Assembly: GCA_951406725.2 (NCBI GenBank) | Contig: OX597820.1 | Location: 116,994,001-117,058,000 of the forward strand | Source: Octopus vulgaris | Taxonomy: Eukaryota | Direction: 5' to 3' | DNA length: 64,000 nt | In this document: piece after piece, positions 1 to 12,056 of the stretch | How positions within the stretch are numbered: position 1 is the stretch's first letter | Layout of the letters: the number at the start of each line of letters is the position of its first letter | Position numbers and translations under genes: made by a program | Notes under the pieces: generated by a model | The model's database searches: none | Told to the model about the DNA's origin: nothing | What the model saw: the letters and a program-made list of their open reading frames with translations, nothing else

Positions 1-600
1 AGAGTGTCAAATGCCAAAGTAAATGCCCTGTATGATCTATAAGATTATGTACAGAGATTCTGCCTCCAGCTCTCAATCCATTTTGGATGTTGCAGGCATC
101 TAGTGTCCTCTGAAAACAAGGATATGCGTTTGCTGTATCAAGAATTAAATGCTAAAATAGAAGGTACTTTTGTTTCACACAGACATGAGAAGGCTTTCGG
201 GAGGTAATATGGCAGCTCAAGTTGCAATGATGAAAGACAAGCTGGAAGAATTCTTTCTGAGACATCAAAAGGATAAATCAATCAAGTTGGCAAATTTTCT
301 GATAAAAATACTGGAGGAACTAAACCCTTTTTGAACCGTCTTCTCTAATATGAAGCTCCATGGTTAAATTTTAGTCATCTGTGTGTTGAAAGTGAGGGGA
401 GGGCCTTGTGAAGGATGAGGATAAAATACAAACTTGACTAAGATGGGATCTAAATTCTTTAAATTAATAACAAATGATACATGTTCATTATCTGCTCTAT
501 GGTATCCAATCATTTGGTACCATATTCTTTAAAAGGAATGTGTTGGCATTGCCAGACATGATGAAGGGGTACACCAAAATAAAAAGCTTGAAAACCTTGT
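1..600 (+). pseudogene. Degenerate hAT (Charlie/Buster/ZBED-like) transposase remnant with decayed right end
   Basis: Manual translation across frameshifts gives RLLYQELNAK then VLLFHTDMRRLSGGNMAAQVAMMKDKLEEFF (~124-258), resembling the hAT LL.HTEVRWLSRG..L.R...L..EL..F motif. AAAAAGCTTGAAAACC near 580-596 resembles a Charlie terminus. Confidence 0.65.
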
Positions 601-1562
601 CATAAACTAAATTTCTAAGAGACTAAAAAACTCTTTTTTTTCTTTTTTCTACAGTACTATACACTGTACTGTACACACTACACTTAAGACTAGTGGCATA
701 GTCAACATTCTAGTTAGAGATACATTAGACTACACAACACAATCCATCTGGCAGCTACAATTTGGACAGCACTGCACAATATTTGGTAGCTTTAGTCTGG
801 ACCACACTGAACAACTTATCTGGTGGTAGCCTATGGCGATCACTATTTACATCTTAAAACACTGATAGAATTTTATAACACAAAATCTATAAATGTTAAA
901 TTAAAGCCATCAAATGAAAATAAACAAATAGATAAATAAATAAATAGAAAGATATCCCAGACTCTACTCAATGCAGTAACTAATGAGCAAGGAATATTTG
1001 AGACTTGCCTGATCAGACCTTACCCAGGGCTACACACCAACAACAACCGAGAGATCTATAAACAGTTCAATATTAAGAAATTCCATAAATCTAACATACC
1101 AACAGTTTGTAACATCACTAATTAATTAGAATAAGAACATCTAACCTGTACTTGGAAGCAAATCGTAAATTGATTAAATTCAATATAGAATGTTGTTTTC
1201 TGTGGTTCTTTTGAGTTGTACAAAGTAATACATATTACCTCTCATGCCGTTTCCACAGACGTAACACAGAAGCATGAAAATTTCCATCAAATAAATAGAT
1301 GTAGCATGAGGCAGAGGCAAGTGTATGTCTCTAACAATATTACTAAGTTTATTGTAGATAAACAATAGGTTCACATCTTAAAACTCTTCTATACACCTCC
1401 TCCCACACACACATACACACACACACATGGCTATACACTTTCTTGTAAACATGCACATACACACACGTGTGTGTGTGTGTGTGTGTGTGTGTCCATATAG
1501 GAGGCCAAGAGACAGAACAATATAAAAATGAAATATATACTTCAAGAGATGTTTACAAGTTC

Positions 1563-1563
1563 T

Positions 1564-1609
<46 letters not shown>

Positions 1610-1716
1610 CAATAATGATAACAATAATGATAACAATGATAATAATAATGATGATAATAATAATAATAATAATGATAATAATAATAATAATGATGATGAT
1701 AATAATAATAATAATG

Positions 1717-1750
<34 letters not shown>

Positions 1751-1767
1751 TAATAATAATAATAATG

Positions 1768-1804
<37 letters not shown>

Positions 1805-1873
1805 TAATAATAATAATAACAACAATAATAATAATGATAATGATGATGATGATAATAATAATAATAATAATAA
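1563..1873. repeat. (AAT/GAT/AAC)n trinucleotide microsatellite
   Basis: Directly visible; source of the poly-N/I/Y/L ORFs. Confidence 0.98.
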
Positions 1874-2502
1874 ATCATATTATCTCTGGCTGCCCAGTCC
1901 TGGTTAAGAAGGAATATATTCACAGACACGACAGAGTTGGGATCTATATACACTGGAAGCTATGCCAACATTATGAAATAACAACAGAGAAAAGATGGTA
2001 TAAGCACACACCAGAAAAGGTCACAGAAAACGAGAAAGTAACCATACTCTGGGATATGCCAATACACACAGGCAGAGAAATTAAGGCCAACAGACCAGAT
2101 ATAGTTGTCAAAGATCATGAAGAAAAAAAATGCTTTCTAATTGATGTATCAATACAGGCAGATGACAACGTGTCTCTAAAAGAAATGGAGAAACTTTCAA
2201 AATACAAAGACTTGGAAATAGAGGTAACCAGAATGTGGAATCTAAAAACAGAAACAATTCCTATCATAATAATTAGGCATGATAAAAAAATATTCAGAAA
2301 AATACATAACAAAAACACCAGGACTTACAAACACATATAACATACAGAAAATTGCACTACTAGGCACTGCACACATCCTATGCAGAACACTTTCCATACA
2401 ATAACCATCAGAGCATCACAACAAATCACAGCACATACCCAAGGCACACAGAGCTGCGCTCGGTAGTGAAGTGAAAGCACGCTATAAAAATAAAACTACT
2501 GA
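1874..2502 (+). mobile_element. 5'-truncated R4/Dong-clade non-LTR retrotransposon (restriction-like endonuclease C-terminus plus 3' UTR)
   Basis: HIISGC..L.KKEYIHRHD (end of CCHC knuckle plus RHD), NRPDIVV, IDVSI, KLSKYKDL. After a frameshift near 2272 it continues LGMIKK...IQKIALLGTAHILCRTLSIQ* (TAA 2402-2404). Flanked by (AAT)n on both sides. Confidence 0.9.
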
Positions 2503-3769
2503 ATAATAATAATAATATTAACAACAATAATAATAATAATATTAACAACAATAATAATAATAATGAAAGTATGATAAATCAACCAAATAATATCTCCATG
2601 CAGTTATGTCTAGAGACTCTCCATCAATCTAAGAATACCACAATGTAATGTAGTGTATACTCTACACCATACTTTCACTATAGATAGTGATTTGTGAAAC
2701 CCTCCCAGTAGAAGTTCTTTCGCAAATACAATCTCTATTGTCTTGCAAGTACTTCAGTTGCAGGGTTTTATACTAGCTGTAAAAGTCTTCACTTCAGCCA
2801 GTTAGCGCCAGTCCAAATTTTAAGTTAACAACCATTTCCCAAGAATAGCTTTCGCTTATTCTATTGCCGTCGTATCTTATAAGGTTTGTGTAACTGAACC
2901 AGAATTATTATTTATATCAAACTTCTGGAACTTAATTCTGTTCTTATCTAAATTACAGAACCTGTGGCATGATTGAAGCTCTGAAAGTATAACATGTTCA
3001 CACACAATTGGGCCCCTCACCCAGTGTCCTCCTCACGTCTGCAACTGTTGCTTATTTTTTTACTCTTTCTTCTTCCACCCAGGCAAACACGTCTCTCCTT
3101 CAAGTCACTTCCTACTGACATCCAACCCTCATTCTTATCATTGCCCCCCACCCCCCATTCTATATCTATCATTATTTTTACCATTGTACTCTCACACGTT
3201 TTATTCCCCTTTCACTCTCCTCACCATACACATAAGCCAATCCCTCATCCCCCTATCACTCTCCTATCTACTGTTTTCTTCTGATGATATAAATAACGAT
3301 GTTTGAACCAATTACTACAACAAATCATTTCATATCAACATTTACGTACTGCCAGTCACCACCTCCTCTCCTCTGAGCTACTTGCAACTGCCATCATTCT
3401 TATTGATTCCCCACTCATATTTTCATCAATCTTCCCTACTCCTGTTCCCCATCCACCCCCAATGTACATCTAACCACCTCATGTTTATAGCCATCTCTCA
3501 CTATCTTGCAACTTTATCCACCCTTTCTAAATTTCCAGACTCCGTGGGTATATTCTAGCATCTTGTCATCATCTTACTTAACTTACCTTGTGACACTACT
3601 CCAGTCACCCCCCACCCATCCATGTAAAATGTGAAGCTGCCATGAATCACCCCCACAAGGAACTTATACCTACTCCTCCCATCATCCATTGGCCTCTCAA
3701 CACCTCACATCAAGCAATCACTCTCACCTTTTCTCCCTCTCAAGCAAGGAGGATTCTTTCAGTCTTGTG

Positions 3770-3985
3770 AGATCCAAGGCAACCTCTATAGTGCTGGTGC
3801 CTTGAAAAAAAAAGCATCCTTTACACTCTGTAAATTGGTTGGCATTTGGAAAGGCATCCAGTTACAGAAACCATTCTAAAACTGAGACTCTTAAGCTAGA
3901 TGGGTCTTCTGATTTATCAGACCCTGTCTAATTGTTCATCTCATGTCATCATGGAAAGTGGATGTAAAAATGATGATGATGATGG
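3770..3985 (+). mobile_element. Old family D (RTE-type 3' end) fragment
   Basis: GGCATCCAG...CATGGAAAGTGGATGTAAAAATGATGATGAT tail shared with the other D copies. Confidence 0.65.
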
Positions 3986-4605
3986 TGAGTCTAATTAACT
4001 TGAGCCTGTTCTTCAATTTTAGGAATAATTCAAAGATCTTATTAATTTGTCTGATATCGGATTTCACTGGATTAATTAATGTGATCACAGAATTTCTACT
4101 GAAATACACCTAAATTAATGTCATTGTATCTGTGTTCTACATGGTGGTTCTTTTTCATATAATTTAGTGAAAAACAGAGACATACATAGGCTAAACACTA
4201 TTCTTATACTCAAACAGATAGCGATAATATTTGATGATGCATTTTTGTAGGGTTTTACAAGTTAATACTTGCTTCTATATCGCAATATACTTTCTATTTT
4301 CCTTTTCAAGTCCTATAGGACATCATTGTCCATTAGCATTACTTCTACACAAGTCCTGTCTTAATGTTGTCTGAGAGTCATCAGGCTTTTATTTTTTTAT
4401 ATTTATATTTGTACCAACTATCCGTGTCTTTTGTTTTTGATTTTGTCACCAGATATACACTACATTACATAATCATTATAATATATAATGTGTTTCCTAT
4501 ATATAGGTGGTGCTATTAAGTTGGACATGGCCTGGGCCAATAATGGCCGAAACCTATCAAAGTATATATATATATATACGTATATATATATATATATATA
4601 TATAT

Positions 4606-5073
4606 AATCCTGTGGCCTTCACCTGGGATGTAGCCAGCCCACTTATGCATTCCTTTCCTTCTTGGGACACAAAACTCCACTTGTGAAGACCTGTTGAGGC
4701 AAGTGAAAATCAAAATCGTAATCTATCAACATCAATGGAATTTGTAGCTGTGATACCAGTGCCGGTGGCACGTAAGAGAACCATCTGAACGTGGCCGTAG
4801 CCAGCGCCGCCCGACTGGCCCCGCGCCGGTGGCACATAAAAAGCACCATCCGACTGTGGCCGTTGCCAGCTTTGTCTGGTCCCCGTGCCGGTGGCACGTA
4901 AAAAGCACCCACTACACTCTCAGTGTCATTGGCATTAAGAAGGGCATCTAGCCATAGAAACCTTGCCAAATCAGATTGGAACTTGCTGCAGCTTTCCGAC
5001 TTACAAATTTTCAGTCAAACTGCCCAATTCATGCCAGCATGGAAAGCGGACATTAAACGATGATGATGATGAT
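4606..5073 (+). mobile_element. Family D retroposon 3' region (probable RTE LINE 3' UTR or derived SINE) with internal subrepeats and (GAT)n tail
   Basis: Three GCCGGTGGCAC(G/A)TAA.. subrepeats; ends CATGCCAGCATGGAAAGCGGACATTAAACGATGATGAT. Related pieces at ~6248, 23424(-), 28660(-), 30903, 38595, 40501, 41095(-), 50878(-), 58742(-), 59145(-), 59859(-). The RTE assignment is inferred. Confidence 0.75.
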
Positions 5074-5670
5074 ATAAATATATAATAGGAAGCTGGCTTC
5101 CCATCCACATGGATCAGCTTTAGTCTTATTACAAGGCACCTTGGACAAGTGTCTTCTGCTATTGTCTTGGGCCAACCAAGGCCTTGTAAGTGAATTTTGT
5201 AGGCAAAAGTTCCATCGTGCATCTGAAAGTGCTGATGCCTCCTTTAATAAGTCGGTAGGAAATACTTGCATTGGCAGAGCTTCCCCATATTAACTAAATA
5301 TACATATGTTTGGTTGGTCTAAGTAGGTATTAGCTTTTCATTATAGAATATATGCCACATAAACATCTCTTGGAGTATAAATGGTTATTTTTGTACTCTG
5401 AATGTTATGACAATCAATAAAAGAGAGAGTTTGGGACACCGTTTACAGCATTAAGCCAACAGCAGGGGATATTTCTAGGTGCTTTTCTTTATATATGATA
5501 ACACATATTATTACGTATATAGTATGCAGCAATTATCAGAGAGATGATATTTACGATAAACTGAATATTCTAACGTTTCGACTGGCAGAGAGTTACAAAG
5601 CTTTTGGATCTTGGATCACTTTTGCATGTGGAACTTATGAAAAATGGGATCTGAATCATTGCTATTATAA

Positions 5671-6030
5671 GGCAGGTGTGTGTGGTTGAGAACTTTACTT
5701 TGCAACCATGTGGTTTCAGGTTCAGTCCCACTGAGCAGCACCTTGGGCATTGGTTGGCCATGGGGCCAACCAATGTCTTGTGAGTGAATTTGGTAGATGG
5801 AAACCATGGGGAACTTCAGCGTGTGTGTGTGTGTGTGTGTGCCACCCGCTTGACAATGGGTGTTATTTTATTTACACTTTCATAACTTAGCAGTTTGGCA
5901 AAAGAGACCAACAGAATAAGTATCAAGCAGTAAAAAAAGGGGCTGGGGTCAATTTTTTGATCAAACACTTCAAGATGGTGCCCAAGCATGGCCAAAGTCC
6001 AAAGACTGAAGCGAGTAAAAGATAAAGGAT
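5671..6030 (+). mobile_element. SINE family A, diverged copy
   Basis: tRNA-like head, ACCTTGGGCA core, (TG)n, tail GGTGCCCAAGCATGGCC...ACTGAA. Confidence 0.85.
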
Positions 6031-6197
6031 AAATTGAATAATAAAAATTATTTTTGTGGCTGTGTGGTAAGAAGTTTGCTTCCCAGCCACACAAGTCCAG
6101 GGTCAGTCCTACTGCATGGCCTCAGGCCAACTAAAGCCTTGTGAGTGGAAAAAAAAACATCTCAGATGTTATATATGTGTGTGTGTGTGTGTGTGTG

Positions 6198-6250
<53 letters not shown>

Positions 6251-6730
6251 AATCCTCAGTCAAACCATCCAACCCATGCCAGCATGGAAAGCGGATGTTA
6301 AACGATGATGATGAGTGTGTGTGTGTTTCTGTATTTGTCCTCTTCCATCACATGATAACTAGAGTTGGCTTATTTATGTCCCTATAACTTAGCAAATTGA
6401 CAAAAGAGACTGATAAAGTGGCAGGCTTTTACAAAAAAACAGTACTGGGGTGGATTTATTTGACTAAAAACTTTCCAAGTCGGTGCCTCAGCTTGGCTGC
6501 TGTCAAATGACTGAAACAAGTAAAGGATACAAATTTTTTTGCAAAAGGTTTCATTCTAAAATATTTACACTAATTCAAATTAATGTTTGCAGAGTTTGGT
6601 TTAAATATGCTGAGAGTATATAATTAGGTTGATAGAAAGGTAACAATTTGTATATGACATTTGTTTAGATTAAAAAGAATAGAATCTAAACTGGCTGTTG
6701 TGTAAATATTCCCTCTTTATATTAAAAACC

Positions 6731-7023
6731 GTGGAGGCGCAATGGCCTAGTGGTTAGGGCAGCAGACTCGCGGTCGCAGTTTCGATTCCCATACCGGGCG
6801 TTGTGAGTGTTTGTTGAGCGAAAACACCTAAAAGCTCCACGAGGCTCCGGCAGGGGGTGGTGATCCCTGCTGTACTCTTTCACCACTCTTTCTCCCACTC
6901 TTCTGTTGGCCTGCTCGCTTAGCCAGCGGGGTGGCGTCATTCGAAGGCTAAAACAATGCAAACGCATTGTGACCAGCGATGTGTAACAACATCTGATGGT
7001 CTGGTCGGTCACGTGATCACGTG
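6731..7023 (+). mobile_element. SINE family B, tail type 1 (tRNA-Arg-like head)
   Basis: A box TGGCCTAGTGG, TCG anticodon-like loop, B box TTCGATTCC; perfect 12-bp TSD ATATTAAAAACC (6719-6730, 7024-7035). May correspond to the published octopus OR-type SINEs (not verified). Confidence 0.9.
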
Positions 7024-7094
7024 ATATTAAAAACCAGACCTTCATATGAAATTTATGTTTTTTTTACTTGTATTCTAAACATGTTGTTTTTAAC

Positions 7095-7310
7095 GATTAG
7101 CATTTAAACTGACCATGTCTGGCCCAAATATTTATCTGTTTTATGTTTAAACCAGCCATATCTGACCTCTCACACCTATCCTACAATATCATTCTCAAAA
7201 TAAACAATTACATCATTGAAATTGTGAAGCTACAAGATGCATGGTTAATTCAATGTGAATAAATAAACATTACATTTGACAGAATAAACTGATCACCAAA
7301 GAGTCAAAGG
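7095..7310 (+). mobile_element. Decayed piggyBac-like MITE (family of 52111-52332)
   Basis: Internal sequence matches the 52111 copy (GCCATATCTGACCTCTCACACC...CATTACATTTGACAGA). Confidence 0.7.
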
Positions 7311-7747
7311 TTGTTGTAAATCTAAATGGCAAATACGGAATTGGCTAAAACAATGTAATGAGGTTTGGAGTTAACTGACCCATTACAAATTGAGCTCTTA
7401 ATTACCAGGGATTTATTCTTTCATGTTTCTACATTAATTCTCCATGTGGAACAAGTCAGTTTTAATAGTAACAAATGTCTGCAATATCCCTATAAATTAT
7501 AAACCGACATAAAAAAAAGAAAAAAAAGAGCCCCTCCTGATTTCTCTCTTCTTTTTTTTAAATTACTCGAACAAGTAATTAATTTGCTGATTGGTAAGAA
7601 TTTATTCTTAAATTAACATCTAAATTGACTATAATTTCAACATAAACTGCTAGTTATACATAATTCACTATCTTTTCGTATTTGATAATTTTATTGGGTA
7701 AAACTTACATTAAAAAAAAAAAAAGACTTATGAATTGTAATGTATAG

Positions 7748-8152
7748 GTAGGTGTGGCTGTGTGGTAAGAAGTTTGCGTCCTGACCTAATGGTTCTGGTT
7801 AAGTCACAATGTGTGGCATCTTGGGCAAGTATCTTCTACTATAACCTTGGACCGACCAAAGCCTTGTGAATCAATTTGGTAGACAAAAATTGAAAGAAGC
7901 TTACTGTGTGTGTGTGTGTGTGTATACGTGTATACGCACATTTGTGCTTGTCCCTCCACCCCCCGACAAACAGTATTGGTGTGTTTATGTCTCAGTGACT
8001 TAGTAGTTTGGGAAAACAGAATGATAGAATAAGTATCATGCTTAAAGAAATAAAATAAGTCCTGGGGGCGATTCATTCCACTAAAAAATTCTTCAAGGCA
8101 GTGCCCCAGCATGGCCACAGTCTAATGACTGAAACAAGTAAAAGATGAAAGA
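7748..8152 (+). mobile_element. SINE family A
   Basis: Full head-core-(TG)n-tail layout. Confidence 0.9.
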
Positions 8153-8952
8153 AAATCCATATCTATAAACCAAATGCCATCTGGTTCCAACAGAGGGGAA
8201 AATTCAAAGAGTAACTTCAATCAGTTGGTGTTACTGCCCTCTCAGATTTATAAACCCCTTTTTTATAAATTACATAATTTGCTTTGTTTTCCCCCACTTA
8301 GCCTTTGTTCCTCATTATCCCCTTATTTTCCTTTCCCAGTATACCTATCATTTATCAATTGTTTCTAAAAAATACCAGGATACAGAAACAGACAAAGCCT
8401 TATTTCCAACAATTCCTGTTACCCTAGTCTTTAAAAGGGTCAATCTAAACTATAAAGTAACACAATGGAAGGGAACTATGTTTGGAGAACAAAATAGTTC
8501 TGTTGAAATGACCTAAAAACTTACCACATGTACCATTCTAACAACCATTGGCATCAACACAGCTTTTGACTATTCCCCAATATCTGCTCATACCAAAAAA
8601 TATCAAATGGTCCCTTAAAAAAACCACAAAATTTTAGCTATCAAGCTCCAAGCCTATATAGAGTATCACAGAGATCTATCCACCCAGACACTCTTTTTCT
8701 AATCATACTTATACAACCTTCCTACATCTTCACAAAACAGAGACAGCCTCCTATGCAGAGACTCGTCATTCCCCAGGCACAACTAAGTCAACCCTACCAA
8801 AATCTTAGAGAAACCTGGTGCCACAACAAACTGAAAGTAGCATCTACCAAATCTATTGTCTTCCTTCTCGCCAGCAACACAAGAGAACATCAGATACACT
8901 CAACTACCACATTCAGTAAACATACCATACATACACAACAACGAAAATATTA

Positions 8953-9184
8953 GGCGGCGAGCTGGCAGAAACGTTAGCACACCGGGCGAAATGCGTAACC
9001 GTATTTCATCTGTCGTTACGTTCCGAGTTCAAATTCCACCGAGGTCGACTTTGCCTTTCATCCTCTCAGGGTCGATAAATTAAGTACCAGTTACACACTG
9101 GGGTCAATATAATCGACTTAATCCCTTTGTCTGTCCTTGTTTGTCCCCTCTGTGTTTAGCCCCTTGTGGGTAGTAAAGAAATAA
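8953..9184 (+). mobile_element. SINE family C (Meta-domain-like core)
   Basis: GGCGGCGAGCTGGCAGAA head, GAGTTCAAATTCC B box, core GACTTTGCCTTTCATCCT..GGGTCGATAAATTAAGTACCAG; TSD AAATATTAGG (8945-8954, 9183-9192). Confidence 0.9.
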
Positions 9185-9290
9185 ATATTAGGGGTTACAA
9201 TTCCTTCACAACACAGAAAACATGGCGAGATGATACCCAAACAGAACAATCCCAGGTACCACATTTGACCATCAAAAAGAAACAAACAAT

Positions 9291-9500
9291 TACTCTTTTA
9301 CTTGTTTCAGTCATTTGACTGCGGCCATGCTGGAGCACCGCCTTTAGTCAAGCAAATCGACCTCGGGACTTATTCTTTGTAAGCCTAGTACTTATTCTAT
9401 CGGTCTCTTTTGCCGAACCGCTAAGTAACGAGGACGTAAACACACCAGCATCGGTTGTCAAGCAATGCTAGGGGGACAAACAGACACACAAACACACACA

Positions 9501-9544
<44 letters not shown>

Positions 9545-9704
9545 TACGACAGGCTTCTTTCAGTTTCTGTCTACCAAATCCACTCACAAGGCATTGGTCG
9601 GCTCGGGGCTATAGCAGAAGACACTTGCCCAAGATGCCACGCAGTGTGACTGAACCCGGAACCATGTGGTTGGTTAGCAAGCTACTTACCACACAGCCAC
9701 TCCT
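9291..9704 (-). mobile_element. SINE family A, young copy
   Basis: Closely matches the reverse complement of the 15881 and 42430 copies. Confidence 0.92.
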
Positions 9705-9921
9705 TAGATTTCCCATAGAATACACCAACACCAGCTGGACAGTAATGTGTCAGAGAGCACAGCAAGTTCACCAGTTCAAGAGAGACAATGGTTATTATAA
9801 GGGAAATGGATCCGGGGGGAGGGGGGTGACACTTTGTTGTTTAGCTGATGACCTGCAGATCATATGTCTGGTCAATGAGGGTAGACTTGGGCACTGTACA
9901 ACATGGTTATTGGGTATAACA

Positions 9922-10755
9922 CAGTGGTCCTCAACCACGGTTCTTAGGAATCCATTTATGATTTTGTTGTTAAAATTTATCTGCAATAAAATGGTTACAC
10001 TTCTACATATGCAAAATATTTTAATCTTTTAATACAATTCCTAATAATATCTTTTTTTTTTATTTGTAGTTTCAGTTCGGAGCTGTGGCTATGCTGGAGC
10101 ACCATCGTTTTGCTATGCTGTTATTACTGGGAGCCTCCTCTAATATATTTACAAAACAAAATACTTGGTGAAGAATGGAGTTCGATGTAGCTACCCTCAT
10201 TTGCACCTCTTGCTGTGAGGTAGGTTCCTCTGGGACTCTTGACAGGAAGAGGTTCAGCCTTGATTTTAAAATGCCTACATCTATTTTGTGTAGGCTCCTC
10301 TGGCTCTTTGGGAAAATATTAAAAAGCTGTGGGCCCTTGAAACCCAGGCTGTTGCAGTCACTAGTCCTGAAGTGCGATAGCATTGCCGGGGTCTTTGACA
10401 CTGTGCAGTGTCAACCTGTTCTGGCATTGGTGTAGCTTTCAATGCCAAAATTTTGCACAATTCCTTCCAGGATCTTCCAGATGTATATTACTGCATACCT
10501 CTCCCGCCTTTACTCCAGGGAGTAGAGTCTTAGCCATTGCAGCCTTTCCCAGTAGCTGAGCCATCGCAAAGAGATGATCCTCTTTGTGAAGCTTTGCTGG
10601 ATTGCTTCAAGGTCTCCTGTTAACTTTACACTGTTGGGTGACCATACCTAATTATAAAACTGGAATTTTTTAAACATGGAATGGTTATGAGGGTCCAGTT
10701 GAGTAACATAGGAACCAAAGAGATTCCATCGGCAAATAATGGTTAAGAACCACTG
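9922..10755. mobile_element. hAT (Charlie-like) MITE interrupted by a LINE
   Basis: TIRs CAGTGGTCCTCAACC ... GGTTAAGAACCACTG; imperfect 8-bp TSD GTATAACA/ATACAACA. Confidence 0.7.
10051..10646 (-). mobile_element. 5'-truncated CR1-group LINE (ORF2 C-terminus, 3' UTR, A-rich tail)
   Basis: Minus strand reads WSPNSVKLTGDLEAIQQSFTKRI...LSYWERLQWLRLYSLE*RRERYAVIYIWKILEG...GPQLFNIFPK...LKSRLNLFLSRVPEEP, typical of the CR1-group ORF2 end; contains in-frame stops. Confidence 0.88.
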
Positions 10756-11371
10756 ATACAACAGAACACTGACTTTCTCGAATTGATCAGATAAAACTTT
10801 TGCCTCTCACTAACCATAAAAACTCAAAACATCTCTCAATATCTGATTTAAAGACAACAACTAATTAACGTTTAGCAAGCTCATAATTAAAACAGTAATT
10901 TAGAAACTATTAAAACATGAAAAACTTTGTGCAAATAAGACAAAAGAGACTATGATGATTGATTTCTTTGAACTTTCTTTAAAATGTTGGAAGAAATGCA
11001 TCAGAAATAACCTGAACTTAACAAGATTTTTCCATCTCATTGCTTGATGGTGTAATTAATTTTCATGCCATATAACAACTAGCCGTAACTAAATGTTAAT
11101 TATTTTCAGCATTGCTTATTAGTAAAATGTAACTTAATCATTACGTATTTTAATTTGTATATTTTAACTACAAAAGTACAATTAGTGGCTGCAATCAGAG
11201 GCTAATCACAACGGTAACAAGTTCAATGGATCAGTTATGACAGGTTCCAGTCCTACTCTTATAAGTGAGGTTCCACAGCTAGAGGGGTAGTGGTGGTGGT
11301 GGACAAAACAATGATAGGGTTCCAGTCTAAACAACTTGAAAACAAAGCAAGACAAAAATAATTATGAAGTC

Positions 11372-11790
11372 GGATTTTTTCGGTTTGAACGGCAGTTTTT
11401 AACATAATTTCTAGGTAACTAAAAAATTTTAAACTTCGTATACTGGTAGAATGTGTTTATAAAACATCTTTTTCTCTTGGCTTTATTGAGAAAATTCTAT
11501 CGTTTGTAAGATATTTGTTGTTTTTTTTCTTCAATTTCTGCAATTTCAACCAATCAGTGACGTCTATTGAGTTAAAAAACATTCTGTGCCGTATGAATAA
11601 ATTCCTCGTTTAAAAATCAGATTGGGTTTATTTACATTTGTGAAGAAAAAAAGATACCCTTCCCCCCACCCCTAACCTCTAACCCTAAAACAGATTAAAA
11701 TGCAATAGATCGATACTAGGGTCATAATTATGGGTGACTATTTTCATATGACACCGCTAGAAAAAACTGCCGTTCAAACCGAAAAGATCC
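11372..11790. mobile_element. Non-autonomous DNA transposon, Merlin-like MITE
   Basis: ~29-bp TIRs GGAT(T/C)TTTTCGGTTTGAACGGCAGTTTTT; perfect 8-bp TSD ATGAAGTC (11364-11371, 11791-11798). GG termini plus an 8-bp TSD suggest Merlin. Confidence 0.85.
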
Positions 11791-11830
11791 ATGAAGTCTA
11801 CTTTGCAACCACAACATTCCAGGTTCAATA

Positions 11831-12056
11831 CCTATTTCTTTACTACCCACAAGGGGCTGAACACAGAGAGGACAAACAAGGACAGACAAACGGATTAAGT
11901 CGATTACATCGACCCCCAGTGCGTAACTGGTACTTAATTTATCGACCCCGAAAGGATGAAAGGCAAAGTCGACCTCAGTGGAATTTGAACTCAGGACGTA
12001 GCGGCAGACGAAATACCGCCAAGAATTTCGCCCGGCGCGCCAACATTTCTGCCAGC
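11831..12056 (-). mobile_element. SINE family C
   Basis: Reverse complement of the 8953 copy. Confidence 0.9.

Noticed and set aside
1378-1953. Long poly-Y/N/I/L ORFs
   Set aside because: Translations of the AAT microsatellite; only 1874 onward on the + strand is real (LINE) coding sequence.
4680-4715. CTGTTGA-GGCAAGT-GAAA hammerhead-like string in family D
   Set aside because: No credible stem II, stem III or stem I pairing.
6731-6800. Possible tRNA-Arg gene (also 26447 and the head at 16855-16917)
   Set aside because: Cloverleaf incomplete, no T-run terminator, and the sequence continues into repeat bodies; these are retroposon heads.
9455-9649. Recurring short ORFs such as ...QIHSQG.GR..AIAEDTCPRCHAV, seen in many places
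   Set aside because: They are the antisense reading of SINE family A, not a gene family.
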